Positions 28,280-38,973 of a DNA stretch of 64,000 nt are shown here, one piece after another. Made by a program: the position numbers and the translations under genes. The stretch comes from Rhizobiaceae bacterium (lineage in GTDB: Bacteria; Pseudomonadota; Alphaproteobacteria; Rhizobiales; Rhizobiaceae). The notes under the pieces were generated by a model. The model was given only the letters and a program-made list of their open reading frames with translations, was not told where the DNA came from and ran no database searches. The first letter of the stretch is position 1, and every line of letters starts with the position of its first letter. Location of the stretch: contig JAEPOG010000004.1 in assembly GCA_017643025.1 (NCBI GenBank), forward strand, positions 480,141 to 544,140, read 5' to 3'.

Positions 28280-29520
28280 GCCCGGGACGCCTCCAGCGAT
28301 GCAATCACCTGTCGGGCGACGGCCTCTCCCGACAGCCGCGCGCCGCCGCAGGTCTGGATGAGCGGCCCCGCCAGCGCCTCACCAGCGAAATAGATGCGCT
28401 CGGCAACCGGCTCCATCAGTACCTGCCTTGCCGCCGCTTTGCCCGGTCGTGCAGCGGCATAGGCGCCGCGCACGTAACGCTCTCCACCCCAGCGGGTCAT
28501 CATCGAGCGGCCGATTTTCGGGCGAATGTCGTTGCCGAAGATGTCCGCCAGCCGGTCGGTCACGAAATCGACGCCGGCCTCGGTGCCCGCAGCCTCCATT
28601 TCCCAGGCGAAATCGCCGCCGACGAAGCCGACCATCAGGTCGAGGTCGAAGGGAAAGCAGAGGAAATAGAGGTCGTGGCGCGCATGGCGCTCGATAAGCA
28701 TATCGGCAAACGGCTCCAGGCCGAGGCGCGTTCCCTTGATCTCCACGGGTATCTTGGTGAGCATGCCCATCGGCAAATCGAAGAAGGCTTCGATGTAGGT
28801 ATCGGGCAGCAGCGGATCGAATGCGATCTCCTCGAAGGCAAGCACCGCCGGCGATGTCGTGACGATGACCCGCGAGGCGCGGATCGTCCCCTTTGCTGTC
28901 TCGACCGACACGCCCGGCCCACGCCAGCCTATGCGCGTCACCGGCGTCGATAGCGACACCGGCACGTCGGCGCCATACCGCGCGACAAGTGCGCCGAAAC
29001 CCTCTTTGGTGAAGTAGTTCGGGTCGAGATCGGCGGCTGCCCTGAAATCGGCGATGGAGATCTCGTCCTCGTCCTGGCCGAAATCCATCGGCCCGCTGAA
29101 GGTCGCCGCCGCGCGCAGTGCATGTCCCTTCTCCAGCAGTGAACCGAGGCGGTCGTCCGGACCTTGATGCGCCTCGATCAGCTCCTGCAGCCGCGCATCC
29201 GCCGCCGTCATTTCGGCGATCTCGGCATCCGGCGCGCGCGCCGCTCCGAAATAGAGATGATCGACGTTCATGTCGTGGTGGAACAGCGTCCAGCCGGCTG
29301 ATTTCGCTTCCGGATAATACGGATTGCGGTCGGCGGCGTGTATCCAGGCGCAGCCGACGTCGAACGGAACGCCGAATGGCTGGTCGGAAGTCCAGGCGCG
29401 GCCACCGATGCGGTCCATGGCTTCAATGAGATGAAATGTCTTGCCCGCCCGCTGAAGCTCCTTTGCAGCGGCCAGACCAGCCGAACCGGCGCCGACAATT
29501 ATAACTTCGACATCTTCCAC
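28276..29520 (-). CDS. Flavin monoamine oxidase family protein
   Basis: GAGSAGLAAA, EAMDRIGGRAWT and IYFAGEA motifs. Confidence 0.88.
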   Translation of the reverse strand: MEDVEVIIVGAGSAGLAAAKELQRAGKTFHLIEAMDRIGGRAWTSDQPFGVPFDVGCAWIHAADRNPYYPEAKSAGWTLFHHDMNVDHLYFGAARAPDAEIAEMTAADARLQELIEAHQGPDDRLGSLLEKGHALRAAATFSGPMDFGQDEDEISIADFRAAADLDPNYFTKEGFGALVARYGADVPVSLSTPVTRIGWRGPGVSVETAKGTIRASRVIVTTSPAVLAFEEIAFDPLLPDTYIEAFFDLPMGMLTKIPVEIKGTRLGLEPFADMLIERHARHDLYFLCFPFDLDLMVGFVGGDFAWEMEAAGTEAGVDFVTDRLADIFGNDIRPKIGRSMMTRWGGERYVRGAYAAARPGKAAARQVLMEPVAERIYFAGEALAGPLIQTCGGARLSGEAVARQVIASLEASRA

Positions 29521-29631
29521 CGGCGATGATCCCCGAACAGCCGTAACCGAAATGCCTGCAACTGGCCGGAGCGTAGTTAACTTCGCGGGGTCGCGCCAGC
29601 GGTCATGATCGTCGCGGTTCGCGGACCGAAC

Positions 29632-29665
29632 GCCGGAAGCCGGCCGTATGAGGGCGGCTTCCGGC
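29632..29665 (-). terminator. 11-bp stem-loop downstream of the DUF1236 gene
   Basis: GCCGGAAGCCG-N12-CGGCTTCCGGC; no clear U-tract. Confidence 0.5.
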
Positions 29666-29674
29666 AGTCATCGC

Positions 29675-30340
29675 CTAGCGAACGATGTAGACGATACGGC
29701 GGTCGGTCGGTTCAACGATTACCGGCTGCCCGTTCACATACGCGTAGCGGTATTCGTAGTCCGGAATCTCGTAGAGACGGACCGGCTCGGGCACTCCGGC
29801 GCCAATCACGACCTCGCCTTCGAGGTAGACCGGTTCGACTTCGTTCTCCAGAATGTAGGAGCGGGTCTGCTGGGGCGGGTCGATAGCGATTGCCGTTGCC
29901 GCGCCGAGGTTGGCACCTGCAACGCCACCTACCGCGGCGCCAATCGGGCCGCCGATAATGGCGCCTGCCACGGCGCCGCCGGTCGCACCGACCGCTGCAC
30001 CTGTGCCTGTCTCGTCTTCATATTCGACAACCGGTATTTCGACCTCCGCCGGACGCTGCGCGACAACCATGTCGCGGCCCGAATATTCCGCGATCAGATA
30101 GTCGGAGTAGGCCCAGCCCTGCGTGCCGTTGTAGCTGACGCGGCACCACTTGCTGGCCTGGAGGCAGCCCTCGAGGTCAGCCTGGCCATCGACGGCGATC
30201 ACGCCGACAACCGGATGGTGCGGACCGGGGCCGCTGCGAATATTGAGGTCGGAGGTCGCCGTGACCATCGTTTGTGCATGGGCGGCACCCGCCATCAGGA
30301 GCGCGGCTGCAGCCGCTCCGAGTGCGATCTTGTGATACAT
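29675..30340 (-). CDS. Secreted bacterial SH3 plus DUF1236 domain protein
   Basis: Signal peptide, LNIRSGPG...WC.V...GWAYSDYL, Gly-zipper, and YAYVNGQPVIVEPTDRRIVYIV. Confidence 0.88.
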   Translation of the reverse strand: MYHKIALGAAAAALLMAGAAHAQTMVTATSDLNIRSGPGPHHPVVGVIAVDGQADLEGCLQASKWCRVSYNGTQGWAYSDYLIAEYSGRDMVVAQRPAEVEIPVVEYEDETGTGAAVGATGGAVAGAIIGGPIGAAVGGVAGANLGAATAIAIDPPQQTRSYILENEVEPVYLEGEVVIGAGVPEPVRLYEIPDYEYRYAYVNGQPVIVEPTDRRIVYIVR

Positions 30341-30626
30341 AGTTCACTCCTTCGGTTGGCCCCCAGCCTGAAGTTCGGCCACCATAGGCGGACGACCGGC
30401 ATCATTGTGTCGGACGCGCCACGAATGGTCGGCGGCGCCGATCGAAATGTGCAAATGGCCGCAATCTGACCAAGTTTGCCGCCGCAACCTGCCGGAATCC
30501 GGGGTAACGCCTTCTCAACGGAGCTCTGCCAAATGTGATTCCGGCATTCATCGAAAGATGACAGCACCGGCCTTTGTTGGCAGACTTTCCCCAAGGGCAA
30601 TTCGCGATTCGAAACGGGAGCGTGGC

Positions 30627-31439
30627 ATGACAGGGTGGGCAGGTTTCAACGTTGCAGCAGCAATCGCACTTTCGGTCGTCTTGGTGCCCAGCGCAGCGCT
30701 TGCGGCACGTTGCGGCAACGACGCAGGCGGGTTTGAGCGCTGGAAACAGGAGTTTCGCGAGGAAGCGCGGCAGCGCGGCGTCGGACGCAGGGGCCTGTCG
30801 GCGCTCGACCAGACGGTCTATGCCACCAAGACGATCAACGCCGACCGCAACCAGCGCAGCTTCCGTCTGTCGCTGAGCCAGTTCATGGCCAAGCGCGGTG
30901 CGAACTCCATCATCAGCAGGGGCAGGTCGCTCAAGCAGCAGAATGCGCGGCTATTCGCGTCTATCGAAAGCCGCTATGGCGTGCCGGCTGGACCACTGCT
31001 CGCCATCTGGGGCATGGAAACCGGATTCGGCAGCTATCTGGGCGGCTCCAACATCGTTTCGGCAGTCGCCACCCTTGCCTATGACTGCCGTCGATCCGCC
31101 TTCTTCACCGAGCAGCTATACGGCGCGCTGCAATTGGTCGACCGCGGCTCGCTGTCGGCCAACTCGATCGGCGCCATGCATGGCGAGATCGGGCAGACAC
31201 AGTTTCTACCCGCCAACGTCGTCAAGTATGGCGTGGATATGGATGGCGGCGGTGTCGACCTGATCCGTTCACGTGCGGACGCACTCGCTTCTACAGCCAA
31301 CTTCCTGCGCGCCCATGGCTGGCGGGCAGGCGGCGGCTACCAGCGAGGCCAGTCAAACTACCGCGCGATACAGGGTTGGAACGCCGCTGGGGTCTACCAA
31401 CAGGCGATCGCAATCATCGGCGCCGAGATCGACAAATAG
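30627..31439 (+). CDS. Lytic murein transglycosylase (MltB/SLT_2 family)
   Basis: AIWGMETGFG, GEIGQTQFLP and DALASTANFL motifs; ATG 30627. Confidence 0.9.
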   Translation: MTGWAGFNVAAAIALSVVLVPSAALAARCGNDAGGFERWKQEFREEARQRGVGRRGLSALDQTVYATKTINADRNQRSFRLSLSQFMAKRGANSIISRGRSLKQQNARLFASIESRYGVPAGPLLAIWGMETGFGSYLGGSNIVSAVATLAYDCRRSAFFTEQLYGALQLVDRGSLSANSIGAMHGEIGQTQFLPANVVKYGVDMDGGGVDLIRSRADALASTANFLRAHGWRAGGGYQRGQSNYRAIQGWNAAGVYQQAIAIIGAEIDK

Positions 31440-31462
31440 GGCGCAGTTCCCGAGCGTGAGGC

Positions 31463-32686
31463 CTAATTCCGGCGGTTCCGCGCCCCCAGCGTCCTCAACC
31501 TGAGCGCATTGAGGCGGATAAAGCCCTCCGCGTCCTTCTGGTCGTATGCGCCGCGGTCGTCCTCGAAGGTAACGAGCGCATCCGAATAAAGCGATTTCGG
31601 CGAGCGGCGGCCGGTGACGATCACATTGCCCTTGTAGAGCTTGAGCCGCACCTCGCCCTCGACCTCTTCCTGGCTCTTGTCGATCAGCGCCTGCAGCATC
31701 TCGCGCTCGGGCGAGAACCAGAAGCCGTTGTAGATCAGCTCCGCGTAACGCGGCATGATGTCGTCCTTGAGGTGTGCGGCGCCACGGTCGAGCGTGATCG
31801 ATTCCATCGCCCGGTGCGCGGCAAGCAAGATCGTGCCGCCCGGCGTCTCGTACACGCCGCGCGACTTCATGCCGACGAAACGGTTTTCAACCAGATCGAG
31901 CCGCCCGATGCCGTTGTCGCGGCCAAGGTCATTCAGCGCAGCAAACAGTGTAGCGGGTGACAGTTCCTTGCCGTCGAGCGCAACGGGATCGCCCTTCTTG
32001 AAGGCGATTGTGATCTCGGTTGCCTTGTCCGGCGCCTCCATCGGCGAAATCGTGCGCATGTGCACATATTCCGGCGGCTCGCCCCACGGATCTTCAAGCA
32101 CTTTGCCTTCGGAGGAGGAGTGCAGCAGGTTGGCATCGACCGAGAACGGCGCCTCACCCTGCTTGTCCTTCGGTACCGGAATCTGGTGGTCGCGGGCGAA
32201 GTTGATCAGATCGGTGCGCGACTTGAACGACCAATCGCGCCACGGCGCGATGATCTTGATGTCCGGATTGAGCGCGTAGGCGGAAAGCTCGAAACGCACC
32301 TGGTCGTTGCCCTTGCCGGTCGCGCCATGCGCGATGGCGTCGGCGCCGGTTTCTTCGGCGATCTCGACCAGCCTGCGCGCAATCAGGGGACGCGCGATCG
32401 AGGTGCCGAGCAGATAGACGCCCTCATACTGGGCGTTCGCGCGGAACATGGGAAAGACGTAGTTGGAGATGAACTCCTCGCGCAGGTCTTCGATGTAGAT
32501 CTCGCGGATGCCGAGCATTTCGGCCTTGCGCCGCGCCGGCTCCAGTTCCTCGCCCTGCCCGAGGTCTGCGGTGAAGGTGACGACCTCCGCGCCGAATTCG
32601 GTCTGCAACCATTTCAGAATGATCGATGTGTCGAGCCCACCGGAATAGGCGAGCACGACCTTTTTGACGTCTTTGAACTTGGTCAT
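31463..32686 (-). CDS. argG: Argininosuccinate synthase
   Basis: [24 protein letters not shown] and [10 protein letters not shown] motifs. Confidence 0.98.
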   Translation of the reverse strand: MTKFKDVKKVVLAYSGGLDTSIILKWLQTEFGAEVVTFTADLGQGEELEPARRKAEMLGIREIYIEDLREEFISNYVFPMFRANAQYEGVYLLGTSIARPLIARRLVEIAEETGADAIAHGATGKGNDQVRFELSAYALNPDIKIIAPWRDWSFKSRTDLINFARDHQIPVPKDKQGEAPFSVDANLLHSSSEGKVLEDPWGEPPEYVHMRTISPMEAPDKATEITIAFKKGDPVALDGKELSPATLFAALNDLGRDNGIGRLDLVENRFVGMKSRGVYETPGGTILLAAHRAMESITLDRGAAHLKDDIMPRYAELIYNGFWFSPEREMLQALIDKSQEEVEGEVRLKLYKGNVIVTGRRSPKSLYSDALVTFEDDRGAYDQKDAEGFIRLNALRLRTLGARNRRN

Positions 32687-32883
32687 TGGAAATCCCGTAA
32701 GCGTGCGGCCGGGCCGTCGGAAAGGGCCTGCCGAATTCGGGCGGCACTAATAGCAGGAAGGACATGGGCGACAAGTGCCACAGGCCTGTCGCGTGCTGCG
32801 TCACGTTTGCGCTATGGCGCCGTGCAGGGCTTGCCGCATGCGGCATGTTGGGTAGACTTGGCGTTGATTCAGCCTGAAATACA

Positions 32884-33852
32884 ATGAGGTACAAGCAGTT
32901 GGCCGGTGACGATGCGAACGAGTTGAGCTTGAGAAAGTGTTTCCGGGGAGCAGCTGCATTGTTCTTCGGACCGTTGCTGGCGCTTTCAATCACAACGCCA
33001 GCCGCCGCCCAGACGGCCTGGACGGCGCCGGAAGACATGACCTTCGCTTCCTATGCGATCATGCCCGATCCCGAACCCGGCACCCCCGTCAGCGGCGGCA
33101 TACTCGTCTGCGAGGAGCAGGTTTGGACGCTTTCCCTGGCTGTGCGGCCGGGCGAGACGCTAGTGGGCGCTGAAGGGCGCGCCACACTGACTGCGCGCGG
33201 CGTGCCCTTTAGCGTCGAATCCACCGGCGGCAGCGGCACCGTTGACCTTAACGTTCCTTACCAGGCACTGGAGCCGATGAAGGCGGGCGTCCGGCTCCAC
33301 ATCGAATTCGAGGGTGAACGCCGGCCGATCCGCTTCCCGTTGACAGGCTCGCGGCGCGCCATCACGGCAGTTGAAGACGCCTGTTCCGCGCGCGAGCTCC
33401 CGACGGAAAACCTCGTTGAGCTTCAGGCCGGGTCTCCCTGGCTGGAACTCGGCAGGCGGCTTCGCGCCGACGACATTCGCGACTTCGTCGTCTCGACCAA
33501 CGACCTTCCCGACCTGCGCGTTGCGATGATGGACCTCGAAGGTGCTCGCCAGCTCTTCTTCGTCGAGATCTGCGGCTCCTCCTGGTACTATGGCGTGTCG
33601 GGTTGCAACATCGCCGGCTTCGCCCGCATCGGCGGCGGGTCCAGCCCCAACGCCGACACCGAAGGCTGGGAGCAGGTATTCGAATCCGAAGGCGTGCACG
33701 TCTACACCGTCCCCGGCGAATTCAGGGACGGCTGGCCCGACCTGATCGCAGTCCCGCTCAAGCCCGGGTCCGCGGACAAGCTGTGGGCCTGGGCAGGTCA
33801 GCGTTACGCCGTGCAAGGAAGCATCCAGGCCGAGTTGCGCACCGGCCAGTAG
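32884..33852 (+). CDS. Exported two-domain hypothetical protein
   Basis: Signal-peptide-like segment ending AAA-Q (start may be TTG 32929); strong coding codon bias; F.L.GS..AI..V...C motif followed by a CGSS...GC domain. Confidence 0.7.
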   Translation: MRYKQLAGDDANELSLRKCFRGAAALFFGPLLALSITTPAAAQTAWTAPEDMTFASYAIMPDPEPGTPVSGGILVCEEQVWTLSLAVRPGETLVGAEGRATLTARGVPFSVESTGGSGTVDLNVPYQALEPMKAGVRLHIEFEGERRPIRFPLTGSRRAITAVEDACSARELPTENLVELQAGSPWLELGRRLRADDIRDFVVSTNDLPDLRVAMMDLEGARQLFFVEICGSSWYYGVSGCNIAGFARIGGGSSPNADTEGWEQVFESEGVHVYTVPGEFRDGWPDLIAVPLKPGSADKLWAWAGQRYAVQGSIQAELRTGQ

Positions 33853-33942
33853 GAGCTGGTGCATAACATGATGCGAACTGCGGTCTTGGCGGGCGCCCCC
33901 ATTGACGATAGGGCTGCCTGAACCTCCCCCAGGACGCCACAG

Positions 33943-34584
33943 ATGCAGTATTTTCCCGACACGGCAATTCTGATCCAGTTCGCGATCGCGACCTTCGTGA
34001 TCGCCATCACGCCCGGCCCGGACATGACCCTGTTCGTCGGCCGCGCGCTCACCAACGGACGCGCCGCGGGCATGGCCTGCATGATGGGCGCGATGACCGG
34101 CATCCTCATCCACACCGCCATGGTGTCGCTCGGCCTCTCGGCGCTGATCGTCGCGTCACCCCAGGCGTTCCTGGTGCTCAAGGTGTTCGGCGCCGGCTAC
34201 CTGCTGTGGCTCGCCTGGCAGGCGATCCGCCGCGGCTCCGCCTTCTCGCCGGAAAATGCCGGCGGCAAGCAGCGTTCGCTGTTCGAGAACTGGGCAACCG
34301 GGCTCGGCATCAACCTGCTTAACCCGAAGATCATCCTGTTCTTCATGACCTTCCTGCCGCAATTCGTGGCGACCAGCGACCCGCACGCGCCGGGCAAGCT
34401 GTTCGTGCTGGGGCTGCTTTTCATCCCGCTGTCGTTGCCGGTAACGATACCGATGGTGATCGCCGCTGACGGGTTTTCGAAGCTGCTCAGGAAAACGCCG
34501 ACGGTGACACGGGTGCTCGACTACCTATTCGCGGGCGTGTTCTCCGCCTTCGCGCTCAAGATTCTGACGGCTCAGGCGCGCTAG
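33943..34584 (+). CDS. LysE family translocator
   Basis: AITPGPDM and NLLNPKIILFF motifs. Confidence 0.93.
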   Translation: MQYFPDTAILIQFAIATFVIAITPGPDMTLFVGRALTNGRAAGMACMMGAMTGILIHTAMVSLGLSALIVASPQAFLVLKVFGAGYLLWLAWQAIRRGSAFSPENAGGKQRSLFENWATGLGINLLNPKIILFFMTFLPQFVATSDPHAPGKLFVLGLLFIPLSLPVTIPMVIAADGFSKLLRKTPTVTRVLDYLFAGVFSAFALKILTAQAR

Positions 34585-35056
34585 GTTCGACCCGGCGGCG
34601 CCAGCCGCCCGAGCCGCGCCCGGCAATCAGCCAGTAAGCGAGGCCGCCGACCATGCCGGCTGCCAGTGCATATGCCAGCGACTGCGGTCCCAATGCCGCA
34701 ATCGTGGACGCCCCGCCGTCGCGGTATGCCGCTCGCGTCGTTTCGTAGAGCAGTCGCGCCGCCACCGCAGAAAGACCGCCCGCGAACGCGAAATAGAGCC
34801 AGGACCGATATCTCTGCAGTTCCGCCAGTCCGACGAAAACGGCCGCCGGAACGAACGCGTAATAGGAGCCGAACAGCGCCGCCAGCAGAACCGATACCGC
34901 CAAGGCCGTCTTCGCCGCGAAGTCCGGCGTTTCACCATCGAAGCCGAGGCTGGGCCAGGCAAGCAAATGCAGGAACAGGCTGGCAACCAGGATCGCGAAT
35001 GCGTAGCCGATCAGGATCAGGCATAGGCGAACGAAGATGGCTGCGAGACGGCTCAA
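34556..35056 (-). CDS. Membrane protein, about 4-5 TM helices
   Basis: TTG start overlaps the rlmN stop (TTGA); hydrophobic helices and [11 protein letters not shown]. Confidence 0.7.
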   Translation of the reverse strand: MSRLAAIFVRLCLILIGYAFAILVASLFLHLLAWPSLGFDGETPDFAAKTALAVSVLLAALFGSYYAFVPAAVFVGLAELQRYRSWLYFAFAGGLSAVAARLLYETTRAAYRDGGASTIAALGPQSLAYALAAGMVGGLAYWLIAGRGSGGWRRRVEPSAPEPSES

Positions 35057-36279
35057 GCCTCGCCGTGCCCCGCAATCATCATGGCCTCGAGCGCCAGCCG
35101 CTCGGTCTTCCTGAGCCGTTCCGATTGCGACTTGAGCTGGCCGCAGGCAGCGAGAATGTCGCGTCCGCGCGGCGTGCGGATCGGCGAAGCGTAGCCGGCA
35201 GCGTTGATGTAATCGGCGAACTTCTCGATCGTCTCCCACTCCGAGCACTGGTAGTTCGTGCCGGGCCAGGGATTGAACGGGATCAGATTGATCTTGGCCG
35301 GAATGCCTCTGAGCAGGCGCACCAGTTCCTTCGCGTCTTCGATCGAGTCGTTCACGTCACGCAGCATCACATATTCGAAGGTGATGCGCCGTGCGTTGGA
35401 GAGGCCTGGATAGGCTCGGCAGGCGTCGAGCAGTTCCTTCAGCGGGTACTTCTTGTTGATCGGCACCAGCATGTCGCGCAGATCGTCGCGCACTGCATGT
35501 AGCGAGATGGCAAGCATGACGCCGATTTCCTCGCCGGTGCGGTAGATCTCGGGCACGATGCCGGAGGTCGACAGCGTGATACGCCGCTTCGACAGCGAAA
35601 GCCCGTCGCCGTCCGAGGCGATCAGCAGCGCCTTCTTTACCTCTTCGAAATTGTAGAGCGGCTCGCCCATGCCCATCATGACGATGTTGGACACCTTGCG
35701 GCCCTCTGCAGGTACAATGGCGCCGTCGGGCGTGTCGCGGTCGGGAAAATCCCCCAGCCTGTCGCGGGCGGTCAGCAGCTGGGCGAGAATTTCTTCTGAG
35801 GTCAGGTTGCGCACCAGCTTCTGCGTGCCGGTGTGGCAGAAGGAGCAGGTCAGCGTGCAGCCGACCTGGCTGGAGATGCAAAGCGTCCCCCTGCCCTCTT
35901 CCGGAATGTAGACGGTTTCGATCTCGACCGGCCGGCCTGCCCCACGAGGCGGAAACCGGAACAGCCATTTGCGCGTGCCGTCGTTCGAGACCTGCTCCTC
36001 GACGATTTCCGGGCGAGCCACGGTGAAGCGCTCGGACAGCAGCGCGCGCAGCTCCTTGGAGATGTTGCGCATCTCGGCGAAGTCGGAGACGCCGCGCACA
36101 TAGAGCCAATGCCAGAGTTGCTGCACGCGCATCTTCACCTGGCGTTCGGGCACGCCGGCATCGGCCAGGGCAGCGCCGAGCTCCTCGCGCGTCAATCCGA
36201 CAAGCGACGGCTTGTCGGCGGAAGGGGCGATAGCCGGCGCGCGAGGCCGGTCGCCAGTGAGATCGATCGTTAGTGCCAT
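35053..36279 (-). CDS. rlmN: 23S rRNA/tRNA m2A methyltransferase
   Basis: [25 protein letters not shown] and [12 protein letters not shown] motifs. Confidence 0.98.
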   Translation of the reverse strand: MALTIDLTGDRPRAPAIAPSADKPSLVGLTREELGAALADAGVPERQVKMRVQQLWHWLYVRGVSDFAEMRNISKELRALLSERFTVARPEIVEEQVSNDGTRKWLFRFPPRGAGRPVEIETVYIPEEGRGTLCISSQVGCTLTCSFCHTGTQKLVRNLTSEEILAQLLTARDRLGDFPDRDTPDGAIVPAEGRKVSNIVMMGMGEPLYNFEEVKKALLIASDGDGLSLSKRRITLSTSGIVPEIYRTGEEIGVMLAISLHAVRDDLRDMLVPINKKYPLKELLDACRAYPGLSNARRITFEYVMLRDVNDSIEDAKELVRLLRGIPAKINLIPFNPWPGTNYQCSEWETIEKFADYINAAGYASPIRTPRGRDILAACGQLKSQSERLRKTERLALEAMMIAGHGEA

Positions 36280-36418
36280 GGGTCGCGAAGATATGGTCGG
36301 GCGGTCCCGAATGCCAGTCGGAGGCGCACATAGCAGAAGCGAATGCTCGCGTCACCGTGCACGCCAAAACGAAAACGGCGGCCGGAGCCGCCGCGATCAT
36401 TCGAGTCTACGCCCGTCG

Positions 36419-36922
36419 TCAGCGGCAGTTGGAAATGGAGTCGAGCGCCGCGGTGATGCCGCGCAGCGAGAATTCGTAGGATGTCGGATTGCCGCGGCCC
36501 GAAGTCGCCTGAATCCTCATTGTGGCGCCAGCTTTCATAGATGCCACCAGTTGCGGTTCCTCGGCGGCATTTTCCAGCCACGCCGAATTGCCGCGTGTGA
36601 ACATCGAGAAGCTGCGGTCGCCGACAGTCACGCTGACCTTGGAGGCCTCGCGGAAATTATAAGCCGCGATGAACTGCGGCTCATAGGCGATGTTCTGCCC
36701 CGGCTTCTGGCTGACGAAGAAGAAGATGTCGCCATGGTCGAGATTGGACGGCTGCTTGGCGGTCGGCACCGACAGCACGTAGCAGACCTTGCCCCTCTCG
36801 GACTGGTAGGAATAGGTGCCCCAGGCGTTGCTCTGGCCGATCTTGGTCGCGGTCTGCGCGACGGCCGAACCTGACGCCAGCACCATGCACAGGATCGAAA
36901 CGGTCGAAATCAGTCCACGCAT
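36419..36922 (-). CDS. Invasion-associated locus B (IalB) family protein
   Basis: Signal peptide, WG.Y...KVCY and FSLRGITAALDSISNC; usual neighbour of rlmN. Confidence 0.85.
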   Translation of the reverse strand: MRGLISTVSILCMVLASGSAVAQTATKIGQSNAWGTYSYQSERGKVCYVLSVPTAKQPSNLDHGDIFFFVSQKPGQNIAYEPQFIAAYNFREASKVSVTVGDRSFSMFTRGNSAWLENAAEEPQLVASMKAGATMRIQATSGRGNPTSYEFSLRGITAALDSISNCR

Positions 36923-37246
36923 TGTCGCTAGAATTCCCTTGTCTCGCGTATCTCGGCTGAAGCGAAAGCCGCCGCGCGACTCCCGGCTACCCATTTAGAT
37001 AAAATTTGAGTTACCAAACGGTGAAGCCCAAGACACCGAATTGTCCGCCATTGTCCTCGCCGCGTAGCGCGGCGCTACTATCGCGCGAAAGCGCGAATTC
37101 CCTCATCATGTTGAAAGGCAGGAAAACGGCAACAGTTTGACTGCTTCCGAGGCGCGCCACCGCAAGAGTGTGACGGATTCGGCTGGCAAACCCTCTCCCG
37201 AAGCAGATAGTGAATAGCGACCACCGATATTCGTCCGAGGGGTGAA

Positions 37247-38461
37247 ATGAAGATCACCGACGTGAAGACCTACGTGGTCGCCAACCCCCCGCCGCAGATC
37301 GGCGGGCGCTATTTCATCTTCGTCAGGCTGACCACCGACAGCGGCGTTGTCGGCTATGGCGAGGCCTACAACGCTACATTCGGGCCGCTCGTCACGGCGA
37401 AGATGATCGAGGATTGCGCCGAGCGCCATCTGGTCGGGCGAGATCCGCACGACATCGAAACCTTCTTCCGCCGCGCCTATTCGTCCGGCTTCACCCAGCG
37501 GCCCGACATCTCGATGATGGGCTGCGTCTCGGCGCTGGAGATGGCCTGCTGGGACATTGTCGGCAAGGAGGCCGGCAAGCCGGTTTACAAGCTCATTGGC
37601 GGCCAGGTGCACGAGAGGCTGCGCTCCTACACCTATCTCTACCCGCAGACGGGCAGCGTCTATCCGAACGAAACCGAGAGCGACAGAAACGTCTACAACA
37701 ATCCTGAAATCGCCGCCCAATGCGCTGCGGAGTATGTCCGTCAGGGCTTCAATGCAGTGAAGCTCGACCCGGCCGGCCCGTACACTGCCTTCGACGGCCA
37801 CCAGCCACGCCTCGTCGACATCGAACTTTCTGCTGCAATGCTGAAGGCGATCCGCGAAGCGGTCGGCACGAAGGCCGACATCCTGTTCGGCACCCATGGC
37901 CAGTTCACCGCCTCCGGCGCCCTGCGCATGGCTCGTGCCATCGAGCCCTACGATCCGCTCTGGTTCGAGGAGCCGGTGCCGCCGGACATGCCCGAGGTGA
38001 TGGCGCAGGTGGCTCGGGGAACCTCAATTCCCATCGCCACGGGCGAACGCCTGGCGACCAAATGGGAGTTCGCCCGAGTGATCGAGCACCGCGCCGCTTC
38101 GATCCTGCAGCCGGACCTTGGACGCTCAGGCGGAATTCTGGAGACAAAGAAGATCGCCGCGATGGCCGAGGCCTACCACATCCAGATCGCGCCGCACTGC
38201 TACTGCGGACCGATCGTCGCCGCCGCCAATATCCAGCTTGCCGCAACGCTTCCGAACTTCCTCATCCTGGAATCGATCAAACAGTGGGGCGGCTTCCATG
38301 CCGAGCTTCTGAAAAAGAAGATCGAATGGCAGGACGGCTGGGTTATTCCGTCGAAAGAGCCGGGCCTTGGCGTCGAGCTCGATGAGGCGGTTTGCGAGGC
38401 GCATCCATGGAAGGGCGGACCGCTGCATCTGGAAATGACGCCGGACCCGCTGTTTCCGTAG
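37247..38461 (+). CDS. Mandelate racemase/muconate lactonizing (enolase superfamily) dehydratase
   Basis: GYGEA, SALEMACWDIVGK, KLD, WFEEP, ATGER, QPDLGRSGG and APH motifs. Confidence 0.9.
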   Translation: MKITDVKTYVVANPPPQIGGRYFIFVRLTTDSGVVGYGEAYNATFGPLVTAKMIEDCAERHLVGRDPHDIETFFRRAYSSGFTQRPDISMMGCVSALEMACWDIVGKEAGKPVYKLIGGQVHERLRSYTYLYPQTGSVYPNETESDRNVYNNPEIAAQCAAEYVRQGFNAVKLDPAGPYTAFDGHQPRLVDIELSAAMLKAIREAVGTKADILFGTHGQFTASGALRMARAIEPYDPLWFEEPVPPDMPEVMAQVARGTSIPIATGERLATKWEFARVIEHRAASILQPDLGRSGGILETKKIAAMAEAYHIQIAPHCYCGPIVAAANIQLAATLPNFLILESIKQWGGFHAELLKKKIEWQDGWVIPSKEPGLGVELDEAVCEAHPWKGGPLHLEMTPDPLFP

Positions 38462-38528
38462 CGGAAATCACGTTTTCGGCTCGTGGGAATCGGTTATGGT
38501 GCGCCGCCAGGTCGGGGAGGACCTCTAG

Positions 38529-38960
38529 ATGACGCTGATCCAGAAACTCGGGATCGCCTATGCGATCATGTTCTTTGCCGTTGTCGGCATCGGCTACGTG
38601 CCCGCCTTCAATGACGAGAACGGCTACCTCTTCGGCCTGTTCTCGCTGCAATGGTACGATGATCTGTTGCACGCCTTCTCCGGCGTCTGGGCTCTGGCCG
38701 CATCGATCGTCTCGCATGCCCAGACGGTTCTCTATTTCCGCCTCTTCGGTTCGGTCTATCTGTTCGACGGCGTGCTTGGCCTGGTAACCGGCTCCGGCTG
38801 CCTCGACGGAGGCATTTTCATAGACGGCTTCCGTTCCTTCAACGACATCGAACTGCCTGTGCGGTTTTTCGCCAATGCGCCGCATCTTGCCATCGGCGGC
38901 ATCGCGGTGCTGATCGGCTTCTGGTTGGGGAGCAGACCACAGAAACCGGCCCTCGCCTGA
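38529..38960 (+). CDS. DUF4383-like membrane protein
   Basis: 4 TM helices, LFGLF...DDLLH..SG motif. Confidence 0.7.
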   Translation: MTLIQKLGIAYAIMFFAVVGIGYVPAFNDENGYLFGLFSLQWYDDLLHAFSGVWALAASIVSHAQTVLYFRLFGSVYLFDGVLGLVTGSGCLDGGIFIDGFRSFNDIELPVRFFANAPHLAIGGIAVLIGFWLGSRPQKPALA

Positions 38961-38973
38961 GCGGGTTAGCTTG

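Noticed and set aside
37185-37192. GGCAAACC, reminiscent of the c-di-GMP-I riboswitch
   Set aside because: The downstream GAAA tetraloop, CGCAAAGC and receptor elements are missing in the required order.
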